Source: an uncultured delta proteobacterium (GTDB taxonomy: Bacteria; Desulfobacterota; Binatia; DP-6). From it: DNA of 64,000 bases. Where the stretch lies: positions 832,001 to 896,000 of the forward strand of contig CAWFFN010000009.1 in assembly GCA_963815115.1 (NCBI GenBank), read 5' to 3'. The notes below the pieces were generated by a model. It had not been told where the DNA came from, searched no databases, and saw only the letters and a list, made by a program, of their open reading frames with translations. Numbering within the stretch: the first letter of the stretch is position 1; each line of letters opens with the position of its first letter. This document shows, piece by piece, positions 38,386 to 48,148 of this stretch. Position numbers and translations under genes: made by a program.

Positions 38386-39170
38386 GGCTGCTCGAGCCAG
38401 CGTCCCCGCAGCACGACGAGGATGGTGAGCGAGACGGCGAGCAGGACCAGGCTGAGCGCCATGCCCACTTCGGGGCGGCTCTCGAGCTCGACGTAGACCG
38501 CCAGCGGGATCGTCTGGGTGCGGCCGGCGAAGTTGCCGGCGAAGGTGATCGTGGCGCCGAACTCGCCGAGCGCGCGCGCCCAGCAGAGCGCGGCGCCGGC
38601 GGCGATCGAGGGACGCACCAGCGGGAGGGTCACCCGGCGGAAGACCGTCCAGCGGGTCGCGCCGAGCGTGCGCGCCGCGTCCTCCAGGCGCCGATCGAGC
38701 CCGCGCAGCACGCCCTCCATGGCGAGCACGAAGAACGGCATGGCGACGAACGTCTCCGCCAGCACGGCCCCGGCCGTGGTGAACGGAAGCTGGATGCCCA
38801 GGGGTTGCAGCCACTGACCGATCAGGCCACGCCGCCCGAAGACGGCGAGCAACGCGACGCCGCCCACCACGGGCGGCAACACCACCGGCAGGAGGGTGAG
38901 CGCACGCAGCAGCGCACGGCCCGGAAACGTGCCCCGCGCCTGGACCCAGGCGAGCGGCAGGCCGAGCGTCATGGACAGGATGGTAGCGGCCAGCGAGCAC
39001 ACCAGGGAGAGCCGCATCGCCGTCAGCGCCTCCGGGGCGAGAAGCACGCGCGCGAGATCCAGCCAGGGAGCCCGCCACAGGAGGCCCACGAGGGGGAGGA
39101 CGAACAGGGCGGCGCCGAGCGACGCAACGACGGCGGCGACCGGCGGCACGCCCTCGCGCCGCGGCTTCAC
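38382..39170 (-). CDS. modB: Molybdate ABC transporter permease
   Basis: LPVVLPPVVGG, EDAARTLGA, WARALGEFGAT. Confidence 0.92.
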   Translation of the reverse strand: MKPRREGVPPVAAVVASLGAALFVLPLVGLLWRAPWLDLARVLLAPEALTAMRLSLVCSLAATILSMTLGLPLAWVQARGTFPGRALLRALTLLPVVLPPVVGGVALLAVFGRRGLIGQWLQPLGIQLPFTTAGAVLAETFVAMPFFVLAMEGVLRGLDRRLEDAARTLGATRWTVFRRVTLPLVRPSIAAGAALCWARALGEFGATITFAGNFAGRTQTIPLAVYVELESRPEVGMALSLVLLAVSLTILVVLRGRWLEQP

Positions 39171-39925
39171 GGCGCGACGAACCCGGAGCGCTTCAGGACG
39201 CGCTGCCCGGCCACCGCCAGGACGTAGGCGACGAAGGCCCGCGCGCCTGCCGCGTTCGGCGCCGCTTTGAGCGTTGCGATCGGGTAGCTCGCGATCACGT
39301 TGTGCGCCTCCGGAATGGCCACCGCCTCGACCCGGTCTCCGCCCGCGATCACGTCGGTGGTGTAGACGATGCCGGCGTCCGCCTCACCCATCGCGACCCG
39401 CATCAGCACCGCCTTGACGTCCACCTCGCTGCTCGCTTCGGGCCGGGGCACCCCCGCCTTGGCGAAGGCCTGCGTCGCATAGCGACCCACCGGGACTTCC
39501 GGTGCGGCGAGCGCGACCGTCATCCCGGCGCGGCCGAGATCGGCGAGGCTGGTGACGTGCTTCGGGTTCCCCCGCGGCACGACGATCGTGAGGCGGTTGC
39601 GGGCAAACGTCTGCGGCGTGCCTGTGACGTCGCCCGCGTCGACCGCCTTCTTCATGTTCTCCTCGTCGGCGGAGGCGAACACGTCCCCGGGGGCGCCCTC
39701 GACGATCTGCCGCGCGAGGGTCGAGGAGCCCGCGAAGTTGAAGTCGACCTTCGTTCCCGGGTGCGCCGCCTCGAAGTCGCTTCCGATCGTGCGGAACGCC
39801 TCGGTGAGCGAGGCGGCAGCGAAGACCGTCAGGTTCTCGGTGCGCGCGCTCGACGCCGCGAGCAGCGACAGCGCGAGAAGACCCCAGCATCCGATCGGGA
39901 GGCGCGAGGATCGTGTGGTAGGCAC
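39167..39925 (-). CDS. modA: Molybdate ABC transporter substrate-binding protein
   Basis: VFAAASL, NFAGSS.L, DVFASA, VPVGRY, DAGIVY.TD; start uncertain. Confidence 0.9.
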   Translation of the reverse strand: MPTTRSSRLPIGCWGLLALSLLAASSARTENLTVFAAASLTEAFRTIGSDFEAAHPGTKVDFNFAGSSTLARQIVEGAPGDVFASADEENMKKAVDAGDVTGTPQTFARNRLTIVVPRGNPKHVTSLADLGRAGMTVALAAPEVPVGRYATQAFAKAGVPRPEASSEVDVKAVLMRVAMGEADAGIVYTTDVIAGGDRVEAVAIPEAHNVIASYPIATLKAAPNAAGARAFVAYVLAVAGQRVLKRSGFVAP

Positions 39926-40089
39926 CTCAGCGCGACTAGCAAGTGGAAATGGCGTCGGCAAGGGAGGGCCGACACCGTGTCCGCGTCCGAAGCGCCGGCG
40001 AGGGCTCCGGGGACCGACCGATATTGGGCTCTTTCCGGCCCCGGGGCGACACACTACGATGAGCCGATGGTTGCCCTGCGTCCGCCGAA

Positions 40090-41607
40090 GTGGGCTTCGT
40101 GAGCGTTGCCACTCCCGAGCAGCGCCCGCTGCGCCTGGGCGAGTGGGCGCGTGTGTTCGCGCTCGCGATCGCGATGGTGGCGGGGGCGTGGCTTCTCTAC
40201 CAGCTCCTCGACGTCGTGTTGCTCGTCTTCCTCGGCGTCACGCTCGCAGCGGCGCTCCAGCCCTGGCATGCGAAGCTCTGCCAGGTCGGGGTACCGCGCG
40301 GCCCGGCGGTGCTGCTCATCTACCTGCTCTTCGCGCTGGCGCTCGGAGGCCTCGGGCTGCTGGTGGTCCCTGTCCTGATCGACGAGATCGGCCAGCTGGT
40401 CGCCACCGTACCCGAGAAGTACGCGGCGTTGCTGTCGTCCCTCCGCGGCAGCGACGCCGGACTCCTGCGCCTCGTCGGCCAGCGCCTGCCGCCGTTCGAG
40501 GCGCTGCCGGCGACGATGAGCTCGCTCTCGGCCGAATCGGTCCGCGGCATCTTCGGTGTCACGAGCGGGGTCTTCGCCGTTCTCACCTGGGCGGTGGCGG
40601 TGCTCGCGATCGCGTTCTACTGGACGCTGGAGGTGCCGCGGCTCGAGCGCCTCGTCGTCTCGATGCTGCCCGCCGCGCGCCGCCCGCAGGCACTCGGAGC
40701 GTGGCGGGCGGTCGAGTCGAAGCTCGGCTCCTACCTGAGTGCGCAGGGACTGGCCATGCTCGCGGTCGGCGTCGCGTCAGGCTTCGGCTACCTCCTCATC
40801 GGACTACCGAACCCGCTGGCGCTGGCCGTTCTCGCGGGGCTCTTCGAGGGCGTGCCGCTGCTCGGTCCGTTCCTGGCCGCGGTTCCGGCGCTGCTCGCAG
40901 CGTTGCCACTCGGCGCGAGCACCGTGCTCCTCACCATGGGCTGGGCCCTCCTGGTGCAGCTGTTCGAGAGCAACGTGCTGGTGCCGCGGATCATGAGCCG
41001 CGCCGTCGGGGTGAGCGCGCTCGTGAGCATCGTGGCCATCCTCGCCTTCGGAAGCGTCTACGGCATCCTCGGCGTCTTCCTCGCCGTCCCGCTCGCCGCT
41101 GCCCTCCAGGTGATCCTGGATCGCTTCGTGCTCAACGCCGAGCCCGACCCGCTGGAGGTCGACGCACCCGCCCTCACGGGTCTGCGGCGGCGCGCCCGCG
41201 CTCTCCGCCAGCGGGTGCGGCTGCGGCTGCGGGAGCGGACGGTGCGCATGGGGATCGACCCGGAGACGCCCGAGCACGTCGTCGACGCGATGGACCAGCA
41301 CCTCGAGGAAGTGCTCGATCGCATCGCAGCCGCGATCCGCGTGGCCCAGCGCGCTGGCCGCGCGACCGATGCCACCGAGCGGAGCGAGATGCTGAGCACG
41401 CTGCAGAGAGCGGTCCAGCGGCTCGAGGGTGCCGTGGCGCGCGTCGACGCGATCACCGCCGCCGATTCCGAGCTCGACACGGCCGATGCACAGCCATTCG
41501 ATGAGCTGGCACGCGCAACCGCGCAGGCCGAGACGGCGGTTGCGGGCGTGGAAGTCGTCCCCGGCGCTGCGGAGGAGCCGCCGGCCCGTCGCCGCGACCG
41601 TGGCTGA
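40090..41607 (+). CDS. AI-2E family transporter with long helical C-terminal extension
   Basis: Multiple TMs; P.LGP, VQLFESNVLVPRIM, GILGVFLAVP. Confidence 0.85.
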   Translation: MGFVSVATPEQRPLRLGEWARVFALAIAMVAGAWLLYQLLDVVLLVFLGVTLAAALQPWHAKLCQVGVPRGPAVLLIYLLFALALGGLGLLVVPVLIDEIGQLVATVPEKYAALLSSLRGSDAGLLRLVGQRLPPFEALPATMSSLSAESVRGIFGVTSGVFAVLTWAVAVLAIAFYWTLEVPRLERLVVSMLPAARRPQALGAWRAVESKLGSYLSAQGLAMLAVGVASGFGYLLIGLPNPLALAVLAGLFEGVPLLGPFLAAVPALLAALPLGASTVLLTMGWALLVQLFESNVLVPRIMSRAVGVSALVSIVAILAFGSVYGILGVFLAVPLAAALQVILDRFVLNAEPDPLEVDAPALTGLRRRARALRQRVRLRLRERTVRMGIDPETPEHVVDAMDQHLEEVLDRIAAAIRVAQRAGRATDATERSEMLSTLQRAVQRLEGAVARVDAITAADSELDTADAQPFDELARATAQAETAVAGVEVVPGAAEEPPARRRDRG

Positions 41608-41627
41608 GCGTGGCCGGCGGCGCGCCG

Positions 41628-42092
41628 TCAGCCGCCCATCATCTTCGCGGCGCGCTTCTTCATCTCGTCGGGTGAGACGTCCTCGATGTGAGTGGACACG
41701 CTCCAGCGATGACCGAAGGGGTCCTCGAACTGCCCCGAACGGTCGCCGTAGAACTGGTCCTGCACCGCTCGGAGCGACTTCGCGCCCGCCTTCATCGCGC
41801 GGTCGAAGGCCTGGTCGACGTCCTTCACGTAGACGCTGACCAGCACCGGAGAGCCGCCGATCGACTTCGGCCCGCGCACGCCCATGTCGGGATGCTCGTC
41901 CGCGAGCATGATGACCGAATCGCCTATCTGGATATCCGCGTGACCGATCCGGCCGTCCGGACCGGCGAGCCGCATGCGCTCCGTCGCGCCGAAGACGGTG
42001 CCGTAGAACGTGATCGCGGCGCTGGCGCCGTCGACGTAGAGGTAGGGGATGACCTGCGGGTATCCGTCTGGAATGGGCTTCGCCGTCGCCAT
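41628..42092 (-). CDS. VOC/glyoxalase family protein (PhnB-like)
   Basis: KPIPDGY, HADIQIGDS.IMLADE, DQFYGDRSG..EDPFGH.W. Confidence 0.92.
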   Translation of the reverse strand: MATAKPIPDGYPQVIPYLYVDGASAAITFYGTVFGATERMRLAGPDGRIGHADIQIGDSVIMLADEHPDMGVRGPKSIGGSPVLVSVYVKDVDQAFDRAMKAGAKSLRAVQDQFYGDRSGQFEDPFGHRWSVSTHIEDVSPDEMKKRAAKMMGG

Positions 42093-42225
42093 GGAACCTC
42101 CACTGCCTGGTCGTTTCGATTCGACGCCTCAGGAGTACGTCGGCCCTCGCCGGTCGACAAGGGGGAAAATGGGACGCGCGCCTTGCGCGAATTCGTGCAG
42201 TGCCCCGTGCTAGGCTTGCCCGACG

Positions 42226-43218
42226 ATGGCCTCGATCCATGATCTCGTCACGCCGGCTCTGATCGTGGATGCCGGCGCGCTGGAGCGCAACCTGGCGATG
42301 ATGGCGGCCGCGCTCCCCGGCCCGCGCCTGCGGCCGCATGTGAAGGCGCACAAGTGCACCGCGCTGGCGCATCGCCAGGCGGCGCACGGACATCGCGCGT
42401 TCTGCTGCGCGACCGTCCGGGAGATCGTCGGCATGGCGCAGGCCGGCCTGGGTGACGACCTCCTGCTCGCCAACGAGACCCTCGATGCGTCACGCCTGGC
42501 ACCGCTCGCCGCACGCGTCACCGTGGCCGTCGATTCCGAGGAGACCATCGACGCCGCGGCGGCGGCCGGCGGCGCCGTGCGCGAGGTGCTGATCGACGTC
42601 AACGTCGGCCTGCCCCGCTGCGGCTGCGATCCGTCGCACGCCGGCCGCCTGGCCGAGCGTGCCCGTCGTAGCGGCCTCGGCGTGCGCGGCGTGATGGGCT
42701 ACGAGGGACACGCGGTGGGTCTCCCGGAGCGCGAGGCACGCGAAGAACTCTGCGCTCAGGCGATGGAGCTGCTGCTCGCCGCGCATCGCGACGTCGGTGG
42801 CGACGTCGTCTCCGCCGGCGGGACCGGCACCTACGACGTCAACGTCTGGGCGAGCGAGATCCAGGCCGGCTCGTACGCGCTCATGGACACCGCCTACGCC
42901 AAGCTCGGCCTTCCCTTCGTCCAGGCGGCGCGAGTGTGGTCGACGGTGATCTCGCGGTCACCCGCGTACGCCGTGGCAGACTGCGGGCTCAAGGCGCTCG
43001 GCATGGACCACGGCAAGCCGAGCATCGAGCACGGCGAGGTCTGGTTCTGCTCCGACGAGCACACCACGTTCCGCCCCGAGACGGCCGTCCGGGTCGGCGA
43101 TCGCGTCGGGGTCGTGCCGGCACACATCGACCCGACGATCGCTTACCACGAGCGCATCCACGTCGTGTCGGGTGAACGAGTGGTCGAGACGTGGCCGGTC
43201 GACCTGCGGGGGTGGTAG
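42226..43218 (+). CDS. PLP-dependent DSD1/D-threonine aldolase family enzyme
   Basis: TPAL, LRPHVKAHK, YEGH, GGTGTY, QAGSY, DEH, PAHIDPT. Confidence 0.88.
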   Translation: MASIHDLVTPALIVDAGALERNLAMMAAALPGPRLRPHVKAHKCTALAHRQAAHGHRAFCCATVREIVGMAQAGLGDDLLLANETLDASRLAPLAARVTVAVDSEETIDAAAAAGGAVREVLIDVNVGLPRCGCDPSHAGRLAERARRSGLGVRGVMGYEGHAVGLPEREAREELCAQAMELLLAAHRDVGGDVVSAGGTGTYDVNVWASEIQAGSYALMDTAYAKLGLPFVQAARVWSTVISRSPAYAVADCGLKALGMDHGKPSIEHGEVWFCSDEHTTFRPETAVRVGDRVGVVPAHIDPTIAYHERIHVVSGERVVETWPVDLRGW

Positions 43219-43229
43219 GCGAATCCCCG

Positions 43230-44114
43230 TCAGGTGCCGAACGACCACTCGACGACCAGGAGACCGGTCAGGGTGCCGTCCAGGCGACCGCGCACCGGCC
43301 ATTTCCAGCCGAGCCCGATGCTGATCGGGCTGAGCGGGTGGTCGTCGGGGAACGGCGCCACCCACGCCCCCGCCGCGAGCTCCACCACCGTGCGCTCGTC
43401 GGCCTGCTCGGCCGCGTCCACCACCGTGGTGCCGAGCAGCTCGAACACCGGGCGGATGCGACCATCGAGGTACTGCTGCACGAACGCCGTATTCCAGAGG
43501 AACGCCTTCTGGCGGACGCCGGCGTCGTCCGCGCGTGCCGCGGTGGCGCGGATGTCCTGAGCGTAGGCCAGCTGCATCTGCACCAGCAGGTCGGGCAGCT
43601 GCGGGAGGATGGTGAAGCGACGGGCGGGGAGCAGCGATGCCGACCAGGATCCGGTGCCGTCGATGTCCTGCCTCGAATTGCCGGTCGGCGGTCCGACGTC
43701 CGCCCGGACGGAAAAGTAGTCGAGCGGGCCGTCGGGCGAGCAGCAGAGCAGGAGCTGGGCTCCGAGGCCGATGTCGCCGAGGCCACCGACGGTCGGCGCG
43801 TGGTCGCGGATCCGGACGTCGCTCGGGATCTCGACGTCGAGCTCGAGCCGCTTCGCGAACACCCAGCTCACGCCCGGCGCGAGCTCGACGGTGTTGCTCC
43901 CGGGCGCTCGCACCCAGCTCGAGTCGAGCTCGACGTCCTTTTCCACGAACGATCGCTGTGTGAAAATCGGCTCGGTCGGGTCGGTCCGCGCGAGATGCCG
44001 GCTCCAGGCCGGGGCCGGATGGAGAGCGGTTGCGCCGGAGCCGACGAGGAGGATGACGGCGATGACTGAGAGACGGCGGGACCCCGGGAGCTCCTCGACG
44101 CCGGACGGCCTCAC
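43230..44114 (-). CDS. Secreted / outer-membrane beta-barrel-like hypothetical protein
   Basis: Hydrophobic signal (VIAVILLVG), GLGDIGLG motif, beta-strand pattern, ends VEWSFGT; first usable start is GTG 44114. Confidence 0.6.
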   Translation of the reverse strand: MRPSGVEELPGSRRLSVIAVILLVGSGATALHPAPAWSRHLARTDPTEPIFTQRSFVEKDVELDSSWVRAPGSNTVELAPGVSWVFAKRLELDVEIPSDVRIRDHAPTVGGLGDIGLGAQLLLCCSPDGPLDYFSVRADVGPPTGNSRQDIDGTGSWSASLLPARRFTILPQLPDLLVQMQLAYAQDIRATAARADDAGVRQKAFLWNTAFVQQYLDGRIRPVFELLGTTVVDAAEQADERTVVELAAGAWVAPFPDDHPLSPISIGLGWKWPVRGRLDGTLTGLLVVEWSFGT

Positions 44115-45621
44115 ACGTCGCGCCGTCCTGCGCAGCGCCGCGGCGGGAGGAGCGGCGCTCGCCGGCGCCCCGGTGGCGCGTGCGGCGACGCGTCCCGCGG
44201 CGCCCAGCGACGGGGCGTACGTCCCGCGCCCCAATGCCACACGGTACGTCATCGCGGTCGGCGCCGCAGCGATCAACCCCGACGGCGCCCAGCCGACGCC
44301 CGCAGTTCTCGCAAACGGCGGCTTGCCGGGACCGGAGATCCGCATGCGCGACGGCGACCTCTTTCGCGCTCTGGTCGAGAATCGCCTGGCGGACACTCCG
44401 ACTTCGATTCACTGGCACGGCCTGCTCGACCCGGCCGCGATGGACGGGGTCCCGGACGTCTCGAACGCGCCGATCCCTCCTGGCCAGATGTACGTCTACG
44501 AGTACCCGATCCGGCAGACCGGAACCTACTGGTACCACTCGCACGTCGGCTTCCAGGAGCAGCAGGGCTGCTACGGCGCGTTCATCATCGAGCCCGCGCA
44601 CGAGCCATTGCGCACGGACCGCGACGCGGTCGTTTTGCTCGGCGACTGGTTGCATCGCAGCCCCGAGCAGGTTTTCGCCGAGCTCCGCTCCGGCAAGCAG
44701 CCGATGGGCGGCATGAAGCCTGGCGGAGGCGATGCCGGAGCCATGCAGGCCGGCGGACCGCAGGACGGTGGGACGAAGCCAGGCGCAGCGGAGACCGGCA
44801 TGAAGATGGGCGCCGGCGGGGCCGACCTGGCCGACGTGAAATACGACGCCTTCCTGCTGAACGGCCGCGGTCCCGGTGACCCCTGGACCCTGAGCGTGCG
44901 CCCCGGAGACCGCCTGCGCCTGCGTCTCATCGACGGTGGCTCGTCGACCTACTTCCGCGTGCGCGTCGATGGCCACCGGCTACAGGTCACCCACGCAGAC
45001 GGGCTGGCCGTCGAGCCCGTGACGGTCGATCATCTGCTCATCGGCATGGGTGAGACCTACGACGCGGTGATCGAGATCGCCGGCCCGGGCAGCTACACGC
45101 TGCATGCCGTCGCGATGGACGGCTCGGGGCAGGCGCTCGGCGTCCTGCACACGCCGGGCGTCGCGGCGCCGCCGAACCGAGCGATGCCCACCTTCGACGG
45201 GCGCGCGCTGTCCTACGCCGACCTTCGCGCCCCGCTGCCGACGACGTTGCCGGAGGGGCCGTCGCGGACGTTCCGCCTGCCCTTGCAGGGCGACATGGCA
45301 CGCTACGTCTGGATGATCGACGGGCAGGCGTGGCCGAAGGCCGACCCGCTGCTGATCCGCCGCGGCGACCGCGTCGAGCTCGAGCTGGTGAACGAGACCG
45401 CCATGTGGCACCCGATGCACCTGCACGGCCACTTCTTCCGGGTTCTGCAGGGCGCCGGCGACCGCTGCCCGCTCAAGCACACCGCCAACGTGCCACCGCG
45501 AGAGACGCTCCGCATCGAGTTCACCGCCGACAATCCGGGTCGGTGGTTCTTCCACTGTCACAACGCCTACCACCTCGAGGCGGGCATGGCGCGCATGTTC
45601 CAGTACACGACGGAGGCGTAG
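44062..45621 (+). CDS. Tat-exported multicopper oxidase (CopA/PcoA-like)
   Basis: LTRRAVL Tat motif; HWHG, YWYHSH, HPMHLHGH, HCHNAYHLEAGM; Met/Gly-rich loop. Confidence 0.93.
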   Translation: MTERRRDPGSSSTPDGLTRRAVLRSAAAGGAALAGAPVARAATRPAAPSDGAYVPRPNATRYVIAVGAAAINPDGAQPTPAVLANGGLPGPEIRMRDGDLFRALVENRLADTPTSIHWHGLLDPAAMDGVPDVSNAPIPPGQMYVYEYPIRQTGTYWYHSHVGFQEQQGCYGAFIIEPAHEPLRTDRDAVVLLGDWLHRSPEQVFAELRSGKQPMGGMKPGGGDAGAMQAGGPQDGGTKPGAAETGMKMGAGGADLADVKYDAFLLNGRGPGDPWTLSVRPGDRLRLRLIDGGSSTYFRVRVDGHRLQVTHADGLAVEPVTVDHLLIGMGETYDAVIEIAGPGSYTLHAVAMDGSGQALGVLHTPGVAAPPNRAMPTFDGRALSYADLRAPLPTTLPEGPSRTFRLPLQGDMARYVWMIDGQAWPKADPLLIRRGDRVELELVNETAMWHPMHLHGHFFRVLQGAGDRCPLKHTANVPPRETLRIEFTADNPGRWFFHCHNAYHLEAGMARMFQYTTEA

Positions 45622-45626
45622 GCGCG

Positions 45627-46070
45627 CTACGGGGCGTCCCAATCGAACATGCGGCGGCGTCGGTTCTCGCGGAAGTTCGTGATCTCGAGTCGCACGCCGT
45701 CGAGGTCGGTGAAGAAGGTCGCGTAATAGTCGGGCGCGTACTCGGGATAGTGCCGTGGCGGCGTGGCGTCGATCCCCGCGGCGGTCAGCTCCTCGGCCGC
45801 GCGGTCCACGCCCCCCTCGTCGTTGACGCGGAAGCACAGGTGATGGAGCCCGGGCGCGTACGGATCATGGTCGGGCGTGCCGTCCCGAGCGGGACGCAGC
45901 GAGAACCCGAACTGCCGGTTGTAGAAGTGGACGTGCGGATCGCCGGCGATCACGGACGTCGCCTTGCGATAGCCGAGGACCGCCATGACGCGGTCGTAGA
46001 ACGCTTCCGCACGCGCGAGGTGGCGCACGGCGACATAGACGTGGTCGATGCCGATCACCTCGACGGGCAT
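45627..46070 (-). CDS. VOC/glyoxalase family protein
   Basis: IDHVY, GLHHLCFR, YYATFF.D.DG.RLE. Confidence 0.88.
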   Translation of the reverse strand: MPVEVIGIDHVYVAVRHLARAEAFYDRVMAVLGYRKATSVIAGDPHVHFYNRQFGFSLRPARDGTPDHDPYAPGLHHLCFRVNDEGGVDRAAEELTAAGIDATPPRHYPEYAPDYYATFFTDLDGVRLEITNFRENRRRRMFDWDAP

Positions 46071-46220
46071 CGCGTGGTTCCCGCGCGTCGGTCGATCTTC
46101 ATGGGGCGGCGGTCCTGGTGACCGTAGCGCATCGCGGGACTCCCGGTCCACCCGTCGAGCTGCCCGAGCGGGAGCGTTGACGGCTTCGTCTCCCGCAGGC
46201 ACACACGGAACCCCCGGCCC

Positions 46221-47315
46221 ATGCGAACCATCATGCCGTCGCTGATGCTCCTGCTGATCGCGGTGACGCCGGCCTGCTCGGTGTCCAAGGGCAGGAGGCC
46301 GGCGAGACCCAGAGCGAGCACCCCGCCGGCGCAATCGGGAGCCGGCTATCCGGGTTTCGGCTTCAAGACGACCGGAGGAGCGGGACGGCCAGCCTTCACC
46401 GTGACGACGCTTGCCGATTCCGGCGCCGGATCGCTGCGGGATGCACTCTCGAAGGCGGGCCGCGAGGGGGGGACCATCCGCTTTGCCGTCGGTGGCGAGA
46501 TCGTGCTCCGTTCCGGCCTGGACGTTCCCAACAATACCACCATCGACGGGCCGTCCGCTCCGGCGCCTGGCATCACGCTCCGCGGCGAGCGCGCCGGCGC
46601 CGCCGGGACCGGCGTTCTCAACCTCTACGAGAGCAACGTCATCGTGCGCGGAATCCGTATCCGCAACGGCATGAACGACGGTGTGCACATCGCGCCGAAG
46701 CGGGGCCGCGCCGTGGCCAACATCGTACTCGACCACTGCTCGATCACGAGCAGCGACGACGGCGGCATCGACATCACCGGGCGCAACGGCTGGCCGGTGA
46801 CGGACGTCACGGTCATCGCGAACTACCTGGCCGGCAACGGCGGGCCCTGCGCGAAGGGCATGTGTGGCGGAGGGAGCCTGGCGAAGTACGGGACCACCCG
46901 GGTGAGCTACTACTATAACTTCTGGGACAAGAACCTCCGGCGCACTCCGGCGATCAGCGGGAACGATGCCGTCGCGGACGTGCGCTACAACGTCGTGCGC
47001 TCGCCGGTGCAGGGGGGGATCCAGATCAGAGAAGGGGCGAGCGCCAACCTGATCGGCAACGTCCTGCTGGGTCCGAAGGCGACGATCGCCGCCAAGCTGT
47101 GGGGCGGCAACGCCCACATCGAGGGCTCGCGCAGCGACCTGAGCGACGGCGGCAACATCGCCCCGCCCCTGCCGGTCCCGCACCCGCCCCAGGCCAGGGC
47201 GCAGGCCGCCGTCATGAGCGAGGCCGGGGCGATGCCCCGGGACGCGCTCGACGCCTACTACGTCGACGTTGCAACGACGCTCGAGCAGGTGAAGGCGAGG
47301 TCGGTCGCGCCCTGA
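46221..47315 (+). CDS. Pectate lyase (PL1)-like beta-helix lipoprotein
   Basis: Lipobox-like TPAC; GFG..TTGG.G...VTTLADSGAGSLR; IVLDHCS; DGGID; RTP. Confidence 0.8.
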   Translation: MRTIMPSLMLLLIAVTPACSVSKGRRPARPRASTPPAQSGAGYPGFGFKTTGGAGRPAFTVTTLADSGAGSLRDALSKAGREGGTIRFAVGGEIVLRSGLDVPNNTTIDGPSAPAPGITLRGERAGAAGTGVLNLYESNVIVRGIRIRNGMNDGVHIAPKRGRAVANIVLDHCSITSSDDGGIDITGRNGWPVTDVTVIANYLAGNGGPCAKGMCGGGSLAKYGTTRVSYYYNFWDKNLRRTPAISGNDAVADVRYNVVRSPVQGGIQIREGASANLIGNVLLGPKATIAAKLWGGNAHIEGSRSDLSDGGNIAPPLPVPHPPQARAQAAVMSEAGAMPRDALDAYYVDVATTLEQVKARSVAP

Positions 47316-47436
47316 ACGGTCGACGCCGGCTTGCGGTGCGTGGAAGGGTGGCCGTCAGTCCAGAACCGTCGGCGCCACGCAGTCGACCTCGTGCGGACAG
47401 TTGCCCGAAGCCTCGCCATGATGTACCCACATACAC

Positions 47437-47712
47437 ATGCATCGGACGCAGCTCCTGATCCCGGCCGATCTGCACCGCCGCGCGGCGGCGACCGCTCGCG
47501 CGCGTCGGCTGTCGCTGGGCAGCCTGGTGCGTGACGCCCTGACCGACTACCTCGCGCGCGCGGGTGACGCGCGCCCGACGGACGACGCCATCGAGGACAT
47601 CCTGCTCAGCCCGCCGTACGACGAGCCTGGGGGTGATCCCATGCTCTCGGTCGACGTGGACCATCACCTGTACGGCGCTCCCCGGCGATCCGGCAGCCGA
47701 GCGCGGCGGTGA
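47437..47712 (+). CDS. Ribbon-helix-helix antitoxin (VapB-like)
   Basis: MHRTQL...SLGSLVRDAL, C-terminal SVDVDHHLY; GTGA overlap with PIN gene. Confidence 0.8.
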   Translation: MHRTQLLIPADLHRRAAATARARRLSLGSLVRDALTDYLARAGDARPTDDAIEDILLSPPYDEPGGDPMLSVDVDHHLYGAPRRSGSRARR

Positions 47713-48125
47713 GCGAGCTGCAGGCCGTCTTCGTCGACACCGGAGCATGGGTGGCGTTGCGCTACGCGCGCGACCAGTTTCACGTTCGGGCTCGCACGCT
47801 GCTCCGTCGTTTGCGCAAGGAGGAGCTTGGCCTGGTCACCTCCGAGTGGGTGCTGGCGGAGACCGTAACGCTGCTCAAGGCTCGCGGCGCCGTCGACGAC
47901 GCGCTCGCCATCGGGACCGCCATCCAGGACGGCCGCCTCGGGATTCTCGTCGAATCGACGCCTGATCGCCGTCGCCGCGCGTGGCAACTGTTCGAACGAC
48001 ATCGGAAGCTGCGCGCCAGCTGGGTCGACTGCGCGAGCTTCGCCGTCATGGAAGAGCTTGGCCTCCGCCGCTTCTTCGGATTCGACGGCGATTTCGTGCG
48101 CGCCGGGTTCGACGCCTTCCGGTAG
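47709..48125 (+). CDS. vapC: PIN-domain toxin
   Basis: VFVDTGAW, VLAET, SWVDCASFAVM, FDGDF. Confidence 0.9.
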   Translation: MSELQAVFVDTGAWVALRYARDQFHVRARTLLRRLRKEELGLVTSEWVLAETVTLLKARGAVDDALAIGTAIQDGRLGILVESTPDRRRRAWQLFERHRKLRASWVDCASFAVMEELGLRRFFGFDGDFVRAGFDAFR

Positions 48126-48148
48126 CGCGGCCGGGAGTGACGCTGGGC

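Noticed and set aside
47437-48125. vapBC as a marker of a mobile element
   Set aside because: No integrase, transposase, terminal repeats or tRNA nearby
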